A stretch of 64,000 nucleotides of DNA from Vitrella brassicaformis CCMP3155 (GCA_001179505.1 CDMY01000040.1:141155-205154); one strand, 5' to 3'. Shown: positions 50,501-62,320, numbered from the stretch's first letter. Program-made: numbers and translations. Notes: a model not told the origin generated them from the letters alone.

Positions 50501-52981
50501 AGACATACCTGCCAGCATGAATGGTCTCTACTGTAGTCACGTCGGGAATGGGGGGGGGGGCAACGGCATACACGTCGGCATCAAGTAGGCAGCCATGCAT
50601 CAGGATTCAGGAGCATCATCCATCGATTCATTGCATATGCATGCTGCTCTCTTCATCTGCGTGCGTACAGCGATGCGCCCGAGAGATACAATGCGTACGC
50701 ATTACACAGACGGGTTCTCGTGCACTCATTATCGTTGCTTTTCGACGTGTGCAGCGACGAGGCTGGGTACCTCACCCAAGACCAATGGCTGATGTTCACG
50801 TTCAGCTATGACTCAAAGGGCTACGGCCGCCTCTACCGTGACGCCATAGAACAAGGCGCCGACCGGAGAGGACAACTGACCCCTCCTTAGGACTGGGAAT
50901 CGTTCATTCTCAAAAACCATGATTCGTTGCTGGATGACGTCATGCTGTTTGATCGACAACTGAGCGACAAGGAGGTCATGCTGCTCTATCAGGGCTGCGT
51001 GACAGGCCCCACATCGGCTCCGAAAACAACAAGTATGTAGGTGTGTTTGCAGTTTGGCTGCATGCATCGACAAAAGGAAGCAGTCAGTCAGTGTCGGCAG
51101 GAACTCCCTCCCTGGCAATGGCCGTGTTCCTTGATGCTCATTTGTCCATTTCTCTCCCTTTCTCGACCCCTCTCTGTTGTCTGCCTTGTCCTCAGCTCCT
51201 CCCCCAAACACAACGACCACGACAACGACAACCACAAGTATGTCACCAACCGATTCAATTTGCGTTTGTTTGGTGCGTGGGATGGCTGCATCACTTTCGA
51301 ATGTGTGAATTGGTGCAGCTACGCCCGCCCCCACCATAGCGCCGCCTCGTCCCGTCTCGCCTGAAGGGTTGGTGCTCTGGTGGACATTTGACGATGATAA
51401 TTGGCCACCCTCCTTCGACCACACCAACCCGGACACGTACCCTACAGACTGCGTGGTCGAAGTTGGAAAGGAGTAGGCGAATTGTCGGCAGACGAGCTCC
51501 AGGCAGTGGAAATGGACATGAAATGCTCCATGCGTTTGCGCGATGCAGCAACGATCCGGGAAAGGACATACCGGGAGGAGGAAAGTCCGGGTACCCAACC
51601 CCCGAATCGTGTGCAATTGCATGCTACTTGCATGCTACAATAGCCCTCAATGTTACTTCTGGACTCATAAGGACCGAAGCTGCTGGGTGAGTGGAAGGGG
51701 AATCACCGCTCTACAACAACCATTCAAAGGGACATGTCATATCCGTCCGCTTGCCCCGTTATCTCGTCCTTTTGCAGCTCAAGGCGGACCTGAGCGCCGC
51801 TAACACCATCGAAGAAGCCTCTTCTTCCGTCACAACCGGCACTCGACAGTGCGGTATCAATACTGGAAACACCATTGTGGATCAGTCGGGCAACGGCAAC
51901 AGCCCCAACATAACCGGTGTGTATCAGGTGGAAACAGATGGAAACGAATCAGCTCATTGTATGGCGTCATTCCTATGGAAAATCCCAGACACAGGGAGAG
52001 TCACGCGGGTCCCCGTTGGTGAGTCCAACAATATGGCTCTCCGGTTAGAGCGCGGACACGAGGCAGTGAGACTTGATGCCCTAAGTGGATTTGACCACAC
52101 CGAAGCGTTCAGCGGTATACACGCACACATTCATTTCGACATTGTATTCTTTCTCTTTCTGTCCGCACATATGCATACGTACAGTGACCTTTTGGTTCGC
52201 TAGAGGCAGCCGCAATTGTTGCGGTGAAAGAGCGATTGTCGGCCCCGGTGTCTGGAACGAGTTGATGATCAAATACGACTGGGGCGACGGCTTCATCGGC
52301 GGCATCCATCAGCCGATCACAAAGAAGTCCAGCAGCGGGATGATAGACGCGGGCACATGGATGCACGTCGCGGTCACATTCGAAGATGGATACTTGCGTT
52401 ACTATAAGTGAGCGGGGCCGAAAGTACTTTAGGTGACGAAGTACACATCATCAAATACATACTGCCTGCCTGCCTGCCTTTTGCATGCAGGAATGGACAA
52501 GTGCGTGGCCATGCAGGTATTCTAAATTACATTGTGTCGCTAATTGTCCACGTTCATGGCAGACGAAGACCCACCTCAACCCTGGCACGGATTCCACCTC
52601 GCCATGGTCTATGCACCCATGATGCAAGAGAAGAAGCGCACACATACTTTACGTGAAATGAAGATGTAAGAGGACAATCTGTATCTTTCGTTGGCTCACT
52701 TCGTCAGATGGATGGCGGCAAAATTGACGATGTCCGAGTTCATAATCGCCGTCTTCACACTTCAGAGATCCGAGACATCATAGGACTACCACAAGATAAG
52801 ACTCCCTACTACTTGGCCGAAGAGCGATATATTGAGCATGTACGGAATACAGAGCCATCACCTGCTTCTGACAGACATGCCCCTACCATTTGCGCACATA
52901 CATCACTGTGTGTTTGCGCATTCTGGTCTAGAACAATATATGGTCGACGACTGATACTGGCTATTCTTACCTGAGCAAGGG
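47513..52981 (+). pseudogene. Secreted modular adhesin/lectin-like locus: signal peptide, Cys-rich stretch, PAN/Apple, Thr-rich linker, LamG, Thr-rich linker, LamG, PAN, LamG; disabled in its 3' half
   Basis: MNSSRIVVTLLLIALGSVTA; PAN DCAAQCLAIEACRVFAW...KCHLFK; LamG1 WLFEGDGDQILDTSG...FTVSFW...KWTMVTF...IDDVMLVDRQLS; LamG2 WLFEGEGDEITDSSG...FTVSFWIK...LDDVMLFDRQLS; LamG3 IVDQSGNGN...TWMHVAVTF...IDDVRVHNRRL. In-frame TAG at 50888-50890 and an 11-bp tandem duplication at 51617-51638. Confidence 0.8.
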
Positions 52982-53089
52982 GTGAGCGAATGCACGATTC
53001 TCAGGATAAATAAAGGTGTACGTGTCTTTTGTCGTGTCAATATGTCAATAGAACGATCTCCCATTTTCGCGGTCGGTGATCAGCGAGTC

Positions 53090-53167
53090 AAGAGGCCTGC
53101 CTAGAAAGCGAATGAAGGGGCGATAGAGACCAGCCTTATCCATATACTGTCGACTCTGTGTGTGTTA
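53090..53167. repeat. 78-bp inverted repeat, left arm
   Basis: Its reverse complement matches 57078-57155 at 75/78. Confidence 0.93.
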
Positions 53168-53175
53168 TCGAATAG

Positions 53176-54429
53176 GGGCCATGTACTGTTTGATTCTTCG
53201 CGAACGCAAGGGAAAGAGGCGACCAACAATGGTACGTCGGTTGCATGTCGACGAGTGATAGGCATTCGTTTACCACGATTGACCTGAACTTGACTAAATC
53301 TGTATACGCGTCTGTCTTCACAGGTGAAGATTCAAGTTGACGACAAGTGGAACGCCATACATGTGGTCAGACCCGACCTCTGAAAGACCACCAATGAGAG
53401 ATATGCAGACAGTGTTATGTCTCATTCATTGCTTCTTTGGTCAACTCGCACTGTTAGGAGGAGGCATTTGTGGAGCACTTCGGCAATTCCAGTCAATACG
53501 CTGAAGATTATTGGTCGAAACCCGATGACCACCATGAGTGGACCATGGGTATGCTGAGCGTACATACACATGCCTGTGCATGTCACAGGGCATCTTCTAT
53601 GCAGATGTCGACAAAAACGGCTACATTCATGTGGCCGGAGACATGCACAACTTGTGAGCAGACACAGACACAACGGAATAGACACAATCATGTTGGCTTC
53701 TTCCCTCTCTTGTCTTGTCGATGTGCAGCCCCAAGTAAGAGAGTGCGTTTCTTTCTTCATCGCCTACATGTCTCCTTTGATTCTCCTTCGTAAGTCAATA
53801 GAGTTCTCATACCACTTATCCCACTCTGTAGGTACAGCGCGCACAAGAAAGCGGGCTACGGACTGACCAGACCACAGGTGCTTTAAACCCCCGACCTTTC
53901 CATAGCCTAAGCTTGACCAACACTCACAAGTGCGCATCACATGCAGCGCTTCTGGGGGGAAAATGGCGCCGTACGGAGGAAATCCTCATCTAGAGACACA
54001 CACACACACAAAAGCACACACAGAGGGAGAGACAGATGGGAGCACATCTGTTCATACGTTCCTTGCAGACTATCATGTACTGGCGCTCTACTCATCCTGA
54101 AGACATCCACAGAATGAAAGTAAGTGTGAGCGCACCGAGACGGCAAATCACATGGACGCCTGACGCACAGCAGGAGGAGTGTGTGTCTCTGTACATGTCC
54201 CTGTCTGTGGCCCATACAGTTCATGGGCAATGACCCCTCCCGTCGACCTGCTGGCTATGGTAGCGCAACGACCACAGAAGCCGACCTAATTCTGACCCAC
54301 ATTCATGTGTTCGTATCTGTCTGTTTAATGCGCTTGTTTATATGCGTGTGTGTTCGTTCAGGCTACACATATACTTCCTTCTTCAAAGTAGTTTCCTAAA
54401 GAGATGTGGTTTTTCCTCAAGCGTCTATC

Positions 54430-54460
<31 letters not shown>

Positions 54461-55790
54461 ACGATGATGCTTTTTCTTCAAGAGCGTGGACGGCACTCTC
54501 CACTACGGAGGCAGGTTTGACATCTGGAGCAATCCTAAGGACACTCCTCAAAAAAGGTGACCGCACACTCATGATCCATTTATGTGTTGCATGCATCGAT
54601 CCACTTGTGCATGTCGCGTATACCGATTTCGCAGTATATGTGGCACGCTCAGATGGATGGATGCTGGGACATATGAATGCATGCATGTATGAGTGTGTGA
54701 TCATTTAGGTGCCAGAAATCAGCTGGCTTGACACGATATGACACTGAGACACAGTCGTGGGTCGCTCTTGGGGTGAAGCCAAACCCATGTCATTCTTATT
54801 CCGACCACGGCACCATCTGCTATTCCCCGGCAACTGCAGATGCTGTCGCTTACAGCTACTACTGGCAAGCGAGAAATTGGCCATTCCGCCCTCTTTATTT
54901 TGTTGTTCTTCCTACCCATCGATTGCGCACATTTCTGTGGCCGCCTATGTCAGTCCTAGTGGCCATTACACCATCTACCGACCCAGAGTCACATCCGGAC
55001 CTACCAATCCACATGAAATCCACTTTGTTGGTGGGCAAACATCGACAAGAGAAATACAAGTCTTGTACGTCTCTTGAGTCCTTGTCTTGCAGCGAACGTT
55101 CTCGAACCGAGAGGGGTTCGTATGTAACAATCGGCGATATATAAGTGCACATGTGTACTAGTAGTGTATGCTGTTGTATCAGTTTTTCGCTTCGCCGTTT
55201 CCAAACAATCCCTGTGGTCAAACCTTCAGCTCCGAGACCATCTATATGAAATCCACAGATGGAGGTACATATATGTATCGATCTATCTATCTATGCGGAT
55301 CTTGTTCTTCTTTAGGATTGAGCTGGACAAACTACACCGGCCAGCTGATCGCAATGCCTGCCAACCAGACGGCCGGACCACATCAGGCAGACGTCGTTTG
55401 GAGAGCCAACATGGACACGGTCATGGGAGGGTGAGTAAATTGACTGGGTGACTGGCAGTAGCGGCCTACACACGTGCACTCGTGCGTTTTGTCCATTGGA
55501 TGTCTCTGTCTCTCCCTCTGTCTGCCTCTCCCTCAATCAGCACCCAGCCTCTCGTCTCCATTGATTATAGAGGTATGTCTATGCTCGATCAAGTTTTTAT
55601 GTACTGGTGCCTGGATACACGTCTAGCATATATTTTTGCATCCCTTCAGGCCAGCCACTCGTGCAGTCCCCGGGAATAGGCCTTTGCGGTATGAACACCA
55701 TCTCGTCTGAATACATTGCGTCACCTGACTCCGACTTGGTAGGCCACAAGGACGGCAACAAGAAGCACTGGTACCGGTGGTGAGCGGAAA
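53176..55790 (+). CDS. BNR-repeat (BNR_4-like) beta-propeller exons, ulvan-lyase (PL24/PL25)-like; probably the continuation of the PAN/LamG locus
   Basis: Exons KPDDHHEWTM|DVDKNGYIHVAGDMHN, TIMYWRSTHPEDIHRMK|FMGNDPSRRPAGY|GYTYTSFFK|SVDGTLHYGGRFD, GLTRYDTETQSWVALG and WTNYTGQLIAMPANQ. Some exon phases could not be resolved. Confidence 0.6.
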
Positions 55791-56815
55791 GAAATCGGCC
55801 ATTCCATCCTTCCCATTTTGCTGTTCTCATACTCATTACTCGCAGGTATAACAAGGTATGTCTGCGCTCGCTCGTTCGTCTTCTACGTCCGTCTTCCAAA
55901 AGCGGTGCATGTCCGAATGGGCCGTTTAGGACACGGGCGAGTGGCGGGCTGTATCAGGCTTTGCCATGAACGACAAGGACGGTCGGTGTAGACACGAGAT
56001 CGTCGCATCCTGCACGTCCGTGTTTCATCTGCACAGATCATTCTCTGTCTATGAATGTATCGTCTAGGTGTGCTGGGCACGACGTCTCGTTCCTGGATTC
56101 CGCCCGGAAGTGGCATGAGCAGAGAGGTCAGCACAGCGTTCATAGATCCATGTGTGCATTTGTCCCTTTTTATTGTCGGTTTCTTGTTGAAACCCTTGCC
56201 AGACTCGTGAAGCGCATGTCTCCAAGATCGGTTATCTCGCCAAACCCTACCATCTCATTTCAGGTGTGTGTTACATTATGCTGGATCACACGCACACACT
56301 CGTATATGCGCACTGTACTGTACTTGGATACGCACACAGAAAGGCATCATGTAACTGCTTGCAGGCAATCTTCTTGGCGCGACTATGGTAGACGGCCGGT
56401 ATACTGTGCGCATGGTGGAGGTGAGTTGGATGAAAGAAAAAGCAAGAAAAACATACATGTACTGATACTGATGCGTGCGGCCACCAGCTTATTAAGCCTC
56501 CGTTTGACAAACCGGCATTCACCTAATTCTCGAGCCGAGCCTTTTAATAAGCTTTTTGTCATGCTTTCTCTTGATTGCTTTGAAGTAGCCATGATGCGCC
56601 TCGGAGGCTTTCGTACTTGATTTGTTTTGTCTAGCTTTTTGGTTTTGTCTACTTCGGTCGACTTTTAAGATTAGACAGGCAGCCAGGTCCATCACGTTTC
56701 GATCGGTGTTTCCTAACGACACATCATTGATCACCAGTCTGTACCTCTTTCGGCACGTCGTGAAGAAAAGCGGAGATTCATCGAAGCACACCGATTTCTT
56801 TCGTTACCTGTCTAT

Positions 56816-57109
56816 GTGCATGGCGGATGCCGGCTTGCCTCTGAATATTTCTCTCGGTCGATCCGACTCGATCGGCTGCATGCGGTTAGCTGCGGTTTTC
56901 CTCAGGACAGGACACGCACACCTGCAAACGCTGGTTCATGTGCAGCACAGTGCCTGGCAATTGACGCGTGCAGAGCTTTCACGCGGGCCGAGAATGTAGA
57001 CAGATTTTGGATGTCCAAATGCATTCTATTCAAGAACGTGCGGAACGGGGGGAGCTGGCTCAGTGTTATTTCGGCAGTAACACACACAGAGTCGACAGTA
57101 TATGGATAA
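56816..57109 (+). pseudogene. PAN/Apple domain exon, paralogous to the one at ~48110-48330
   Basis: RTRTPANAGSCAAQCLAIDACRAFTRAENVDRFWMSKCILFK aligns with KTRTAADPSDCAAQCLAIEACRVFAWAEEPDELVEPKCHLFK. The ORF ends inside the inverted-repeat arm. Confidence 0.75.
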
Positions 57110-57155
57110 GGCTGGTCTCTACCGCCCCTTCACTCGCTTTCTAGGCAGGTCTCTT
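57078..57155. repeat. 78-bp inverted repeat, right arm
   Basis: Reverse complement of 53090-53167 with 3 mismatches. Confidence 0.93.
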
Positions 57156-57399
57156 CACGCCGATAGTCGCGCAATCATCTACGCATACTCAGAAAAAGAC
57201 AAAAGGCATTCAATGTCATTGCATTGTATGCATGTCAGACAAACGAAGAAGGGTGCACACAGTAGACAGATCTACGACAAATACTGCAGCATGGCAAGAA
57301 ATGGATTGGACTCAATACACACGCACGCACACACACACACACACACACACGAGAGAGAGAGAGAGAGAGAGAGACTCACGGCACGGCCTCAAAGCTCCT

Positions 57400-58304
57400 C
57401 TCGCCGATCAACCGTGTTTCCACCATTAACATCGCCTTTGCGCCTCTCATCAGTAGCAGCGCAAGCAGCCCCACCATTTTGCTTGGCTCGAAATTTCCTC
57501 ATCCGAATCTTGGAGGCTTCTCTCTCCCTTGCAAGCTGATGGCTGTCAAAGCGAGAGCGCCTCCTTCACTGCTGAAGACAGCCCAGCGCGGTGCTTCTGT
57601 TGCCGGAAGGTCGCAGCATGGCTGACGATTGCTTTCTTGTCGGCCGATAGATTGCTGCGCCATCGCTGTTGCCTCCGTGCTGCGAGCGCTCGCCGTCTTT
57701 TTATCCTCTCGTCGATATCGGGTGCTTCGGCGGAAGGACGCCCGTTGGTCGGCAGCGAGGTGGGAAGATAATGGGGAACGCCTCTCGCCGCGCACAGCTC
57801 CTCATATCGTCGTACCACTCCCTCACAGCACTCCCTAACGGAAGCCTCAGTGAGCGACGATGGGCAGAACATCTCTGCTGGATCCGGCCATATTCAGCCA
57901 GTAGATGACATCCGACTTCGAATTCATCCGCACGCGGCACCTGTAGTCGTGAAGAAGGCGTTTCCCGAGCGCATTGAGGCCTCGAACAAAGCGAGCATCT
58001 GCAAACACATACACACACCCGGCATCGAAATCCACCCACCTTACTAGCATGAGTGCACACGTACCTGCTTGAGCTCTCACTTCGGACGATGTGCGGCTTC
58101 TGTCGTCGTCAGCTTCATCGGCTGCTGCGCCAGCTTTACACACCGTTCGCTTGGAGCCTTGTCTTCAGCAACTTGACGGCTCTCACTCTCACCAGACCCA
58201 GAAGGAGAGCGGCACGCTTCGCTGCTCGCACGTGGAAGCATGCCCGGTACCCAGTCGTTGCAGCTGCTCTCTGTGGAAGTCGCGTCATGTGACGCACGCA
58301 ACAT
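57400..58304 (-). pseudogene. Degenerate hypothetical gene with basic helical stretches
   Basis: Coding-like blocks in shifting frames: LLHDYRCRVRMNSKSDVIYWL, ERIKRRRALAARRQQRWRSNLSADKK, LAREREASKIRMRKFRAKQ. Confidence 0.3.
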
Positions 58305-58375
58305 CTTGATTTGGGGAGATCACGAGAGAAAGGAAAAGAAAAAGATGTCGTGAAAAGTGCTCCTGTTGCACGTCT

Positions 58376-61300
58376 AAGCTCGCAGGGCTCGAAAGGATGC
58401 TCGAAACCCTGCAGACAACACAATGGCTTCCACAGATCTTATGTGTTTTTGTGACGTGGAGGTCGGCGAGAGGCAAGAAAACTCAGGCCCACATCTCGGC
58501 TGTGACCGGCAGCAGCTGAGCGAAGAGGCCCCACAGGGCTTAGCGCGGCCGAGCGACGAGGGCGGAGGTGCTGCAGAGGACAAGAGTGGCCGGCGCCCGG
58601 AACCATTCGACGAAGAAGACGATGAGTGTCACGGAATCGTCGGAAAGCAGCCTGGCAAGCAGCCGAGCATTTGCACCAGCCACGGGAGCGGTGAAAATTG
58701 GCCGCCTGAGTCGCCTGGATCGCCGACAGATGGGCATGATGTGGACGAACGGGGCGAGTGGAGGACAGAGGCGAGGAAGCGTAAAGAGATGGTTGCTCAA
58801 TTCTACGAGGGGGCAGGCAGCAAGTTGGCGGCCTATGAAGAGTTTCCCAGTACCCTTCGATACGAGACGCGAGTCAACGACAGCGGGGAGGTCGAAGAGA
58901 AGCTTGTCGGGATAGCGTTCACTCCCGAGCCCTTCATCAGCACTGCACGGAGAGTCGCTCGTGTCCTTCTCTTTCAACTTGCAACTGCATTGGTCTTTGC
59001 AATCGCATGGGCGCTCTTCTGTCTGGGTAAGACAAGGCCAACTTCACATGCAAGGAAACGAAGATGTATCTGGACGGATGCCATCATGTTTGTGCGTTTA
59101 TGTAAGGTTGCTGGCCGATGTGTGAGTACAAGAGCTTCAGTCGCGGGGTGCCTTGGATAGTACTTGATTTCCTTCGTGTGCTGCTTATCTGTGTCGGGTA
59201 TTTCGCCGCCGCACTCCTAATGGCCGAAGGGGATGGAGGACTGGCTTTGCGACGCTTTGTCTCGTGCTGGCAAATTTTTATGCCTGGCACACTGTTCATG
59301 TTTTCAAGGCCGGTGGTGCACCACTTTTTTGGAGGATTCAGAGTCCTATACAGAACTTACATTGAGCCCCTTGCGGCGTTTGTCGTCAGCTTCCCTTTGG
59401 CGTTCATCTTCTTTCGTTTCAGCGCCCACAGGAATAAGACCGTTGTGCGGCACCGGAAGGTGATCTATTCCCTTCAGCTGACATTGATGTTTTCTATAAA
59501 CGCGTTACTCGGAAGCGCCATGTAAGTGTGTGAAATGCCGATGTCAGCATTCGATGTTCGCCTGCCTTTTGTCTTTCTCCGTCAGCCGAATATTTCTCCT
59601 CCCGCTAGCCACGAGAGACACGACCGATGGGGAGCGGACACGAGTGGTATTCGGTTTCCTGCTGATCATGTGGCCACTCCTCGGATTAGGTACGTTGGTT
59701 CTGAGATGATGCTGATGTGCACGCACATCTCCTTATCCGTTCTTACCAATCAATCAGTGACGGCCACCAATCGGGCTATTCGGGACGGATCAGCACTGCA
59801 GACAGCACCATGTCTCGCGTTTGGGGCTGTTGCGCATGCTTTGTTTCCTCGCATGTAAGCAGCGCCCGAGTGAGAGACGAATATACATGATCCATTGTTC
59901 TACAGGCTTCAGTCAAAAATGGCATTGCTTTCGCCGCATCAAATCCTGACATCTGTCGCTCTCGGGTAAGGTCTGCCTGACATATTGGCCCCTGCCATTC
60001 GGTGCTCTGTCCATTCTTCGAACAGGTGCTTCGACCTCTTGACAGACATCGCGATTCCATATTGTATGCAAGCATCGATATATTGCATTCCAAATCATGT
60101 CTCTTCACGATTCTTCTTGCGTGAGCAGGTGTTCTCATTGGTGGCGCGAGCAGCAGGCTATTTATACGGCTGGTGGCCCGCTGCAAGCCGAACCAAAGGG
60201 AGACGCAAGATCAGCAACCCGATGCTGTTGACATTATTGCCGTGAGGGATGAGAGCAACAGCGACCGAAAGCCCGGCCCTTCACTGAGTCGTCTTTCCAC
60301 GAGGGCGGCATCGTACCGCCGTTCGAAGAGTGCGGCATTCGATCGCCTCCGCTGCATGTTCAGCCGCTCGTTGCTTGCATCCCAGCTGAGTACGATACTT
60401 GACGCGCAGTCCAAATTCGTGACGGCAAGGTACCATCCCATGTTCCTTCGTCGACTCAGCGACGTGAGCACTTGAGAGCATATGGGGAAAATCACGACAG
60501 GAAAAGTCATGCATTCCATCCATGTATGTCTCCTCTCGCTGTTGATTGAGTACAGCAAGTCCATTTGTACGGCCTGGCGGAGCTGACCGCACTGGTACGA
60601 ACACAGGCAGGGAGGGAGGCAGGGAGGGAGAGAGGTGATGCATCCGTCCTGTCACCTACTTACAGATCTTCTCCAATTTGTGCTCCATCATCTTCGAACA
60701 GGTGCTGTGAGTGGACGTGCAGTATGCACACGTGCCTGATATGTTTTTCGTCATGCAGATTTTGTCTCCATCTGGCGAGCGCTTGGCGGAGAGACTGGCT
60801 GGCCTGGGGGTCCTTGTGCTTATCGAGATGAGCCTCGAATTTCTGCTCTTCTGCGTGAGCTACATAGCTCTTCATTAAGCCTCAAAGATAAGGACAATTC
60901 CATTCACTCACTATCTGCCTGGGTGTGGCTGGCTGTCTTGTCTTGGTACGTTGGATGTAGTACATGGTTCGTGTGATCAATTTGCCATTGATCAGGAGCG
61001 AGAGGGAGCCGAAAGCCGTGAGGATGCGACTTACGGGCATGTTCTTCTCGGGCAGCATCTGTGTCATACACGGCGCTTCAAACATGGTCGTGTTCGTTTT
61101 GCAGTCGTTGGACAGAGAGGCATATGGCAGCGTGGAACTGCGCGACTACTGTCCGCACGACTCTTTCCTCTTGCGGAGACACGTGGGGGCATAATTGCTT
61201 GAAATCAGCCAGCCAGCCGTGCTGTGCTCTGCCAAGACAAGAAGCGGCCGGCTGTCGCCAAGGTTTACATGTCTCAGGTAGGTAGGGCTGATTTTGGCGA

Positions 61301-61608
61301 GTGGTGCCCAGGTCTCACGTACTAGGACTTCTTGGTTGTAATTGGCGAGTAAGCGGAGCTTCGGTGTCTGTTTCGCTCCACCTCACCAATCTAAGTTATC
61401 TGCGTCGGTGCGATGAGTGAGACTGCTGCAGGCGTTGCAACTCAATGAGCGGTTCATCCACACACACACTGTCAAGTCAGTCGTTAAATAGAGGACATGC
61501 AAAGTTCGTGTCACTACCAGCCATCCATCCATCCATTGCACCCTGCCATGTGGTTCCTCAGTCAGTCCCCATCAAAAGCGATGCACTTTGCCTGTCTATT
61601 TCACCCAC
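58376..61608 (+). repeat. 3.2 kb segmental duplication, copy 2
   Basis: Colinear with 39995-43216. Confidence 0.95.
58423..61194 (+). CDS. Polytopic membrane protein, paralog B
   Basis: Same exon structure and splice sites as 40015-42778; ends ...LLRRHVGA*. Confidence 0.8.
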
Positions 61609-61694
61609 TTCCCTCATCCTTGCCTTGTACATCCCTTGGACATGGGGAGGAAGGACAAGGGGAGGAAGCGCAAGGAGGATCATGAAGGGCTCAG

Positions 61695-61777
61695 ACGATG
61701 CAAAGCGACAGAAGAAGGTGCCGCAACGACGTTCTGTCGTCGAGCTCGCCACGATGCAAAGCGACAGAAGAAGGTGC
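61695..61777 (+). repeat. 27-bp perfect direct repeat
   Basis: acgatgcaaagcgacagaagaaggtgc at 61695-61721 and 61751-61777. Confidence 0.85.
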
Positions 61778-62320
61778 AGCAGCAGCAGCTGATCGTGATG
61801 ATCAGACGATGAATGAGGGGAATGATGATTGTACCGACGACCAAAGGTCAAGGAAGTTCGGCATCTCACGTGCGAAGGATGAGGGAAGGGGAGACGAGGG
61901 GTGAAGCAACGAGAGAGCCACGACAGCAACGAGGAAAGCGGAACGGCCGTTATCTTGCTCACCGGCGTGAAGTCAACGGCTACCCTCTACTGCTCAATTC
62001 TGGATTATGGGAGAGATGCTCGCATCTCCCTCCCTTCATGAGCGCAGCGGTATATCATCAGCGATGAGGCGAAATGTCCTTCTACGTCATGTTTCTTGTC
62101 GTGTGTTAACTGTCCGTGTGTCATTTCATGCCACCCTCTAGCATTGAACGCATTGTGGTAGCAGATGAGGGGTCATATCTGGCAAACACATGTCGTATCT
62201 GGCTGGGCAAGTATAGATCATGTCACGCAACACGAAGTCGTTGCTGGCTCGGATAGTCGCTCTACTTTAGTTTCCGTTCCCGTCTCCCTCTTCCTCCTCG
62301 CCCTCCTCCTGCTCTCCCTC

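Noticed and set aside
54550-54556. Apparent frameshift at an A6 run in the propeller gene
   Set aside because: The upstream acceptor tcatttag|g (~54708) restores the frame (CQKSAGLTRYD).
57850-57990. FLYWCH/WRKY-type zinc finger
   Set aside because: The required Cys and His ligands are not present in frame.
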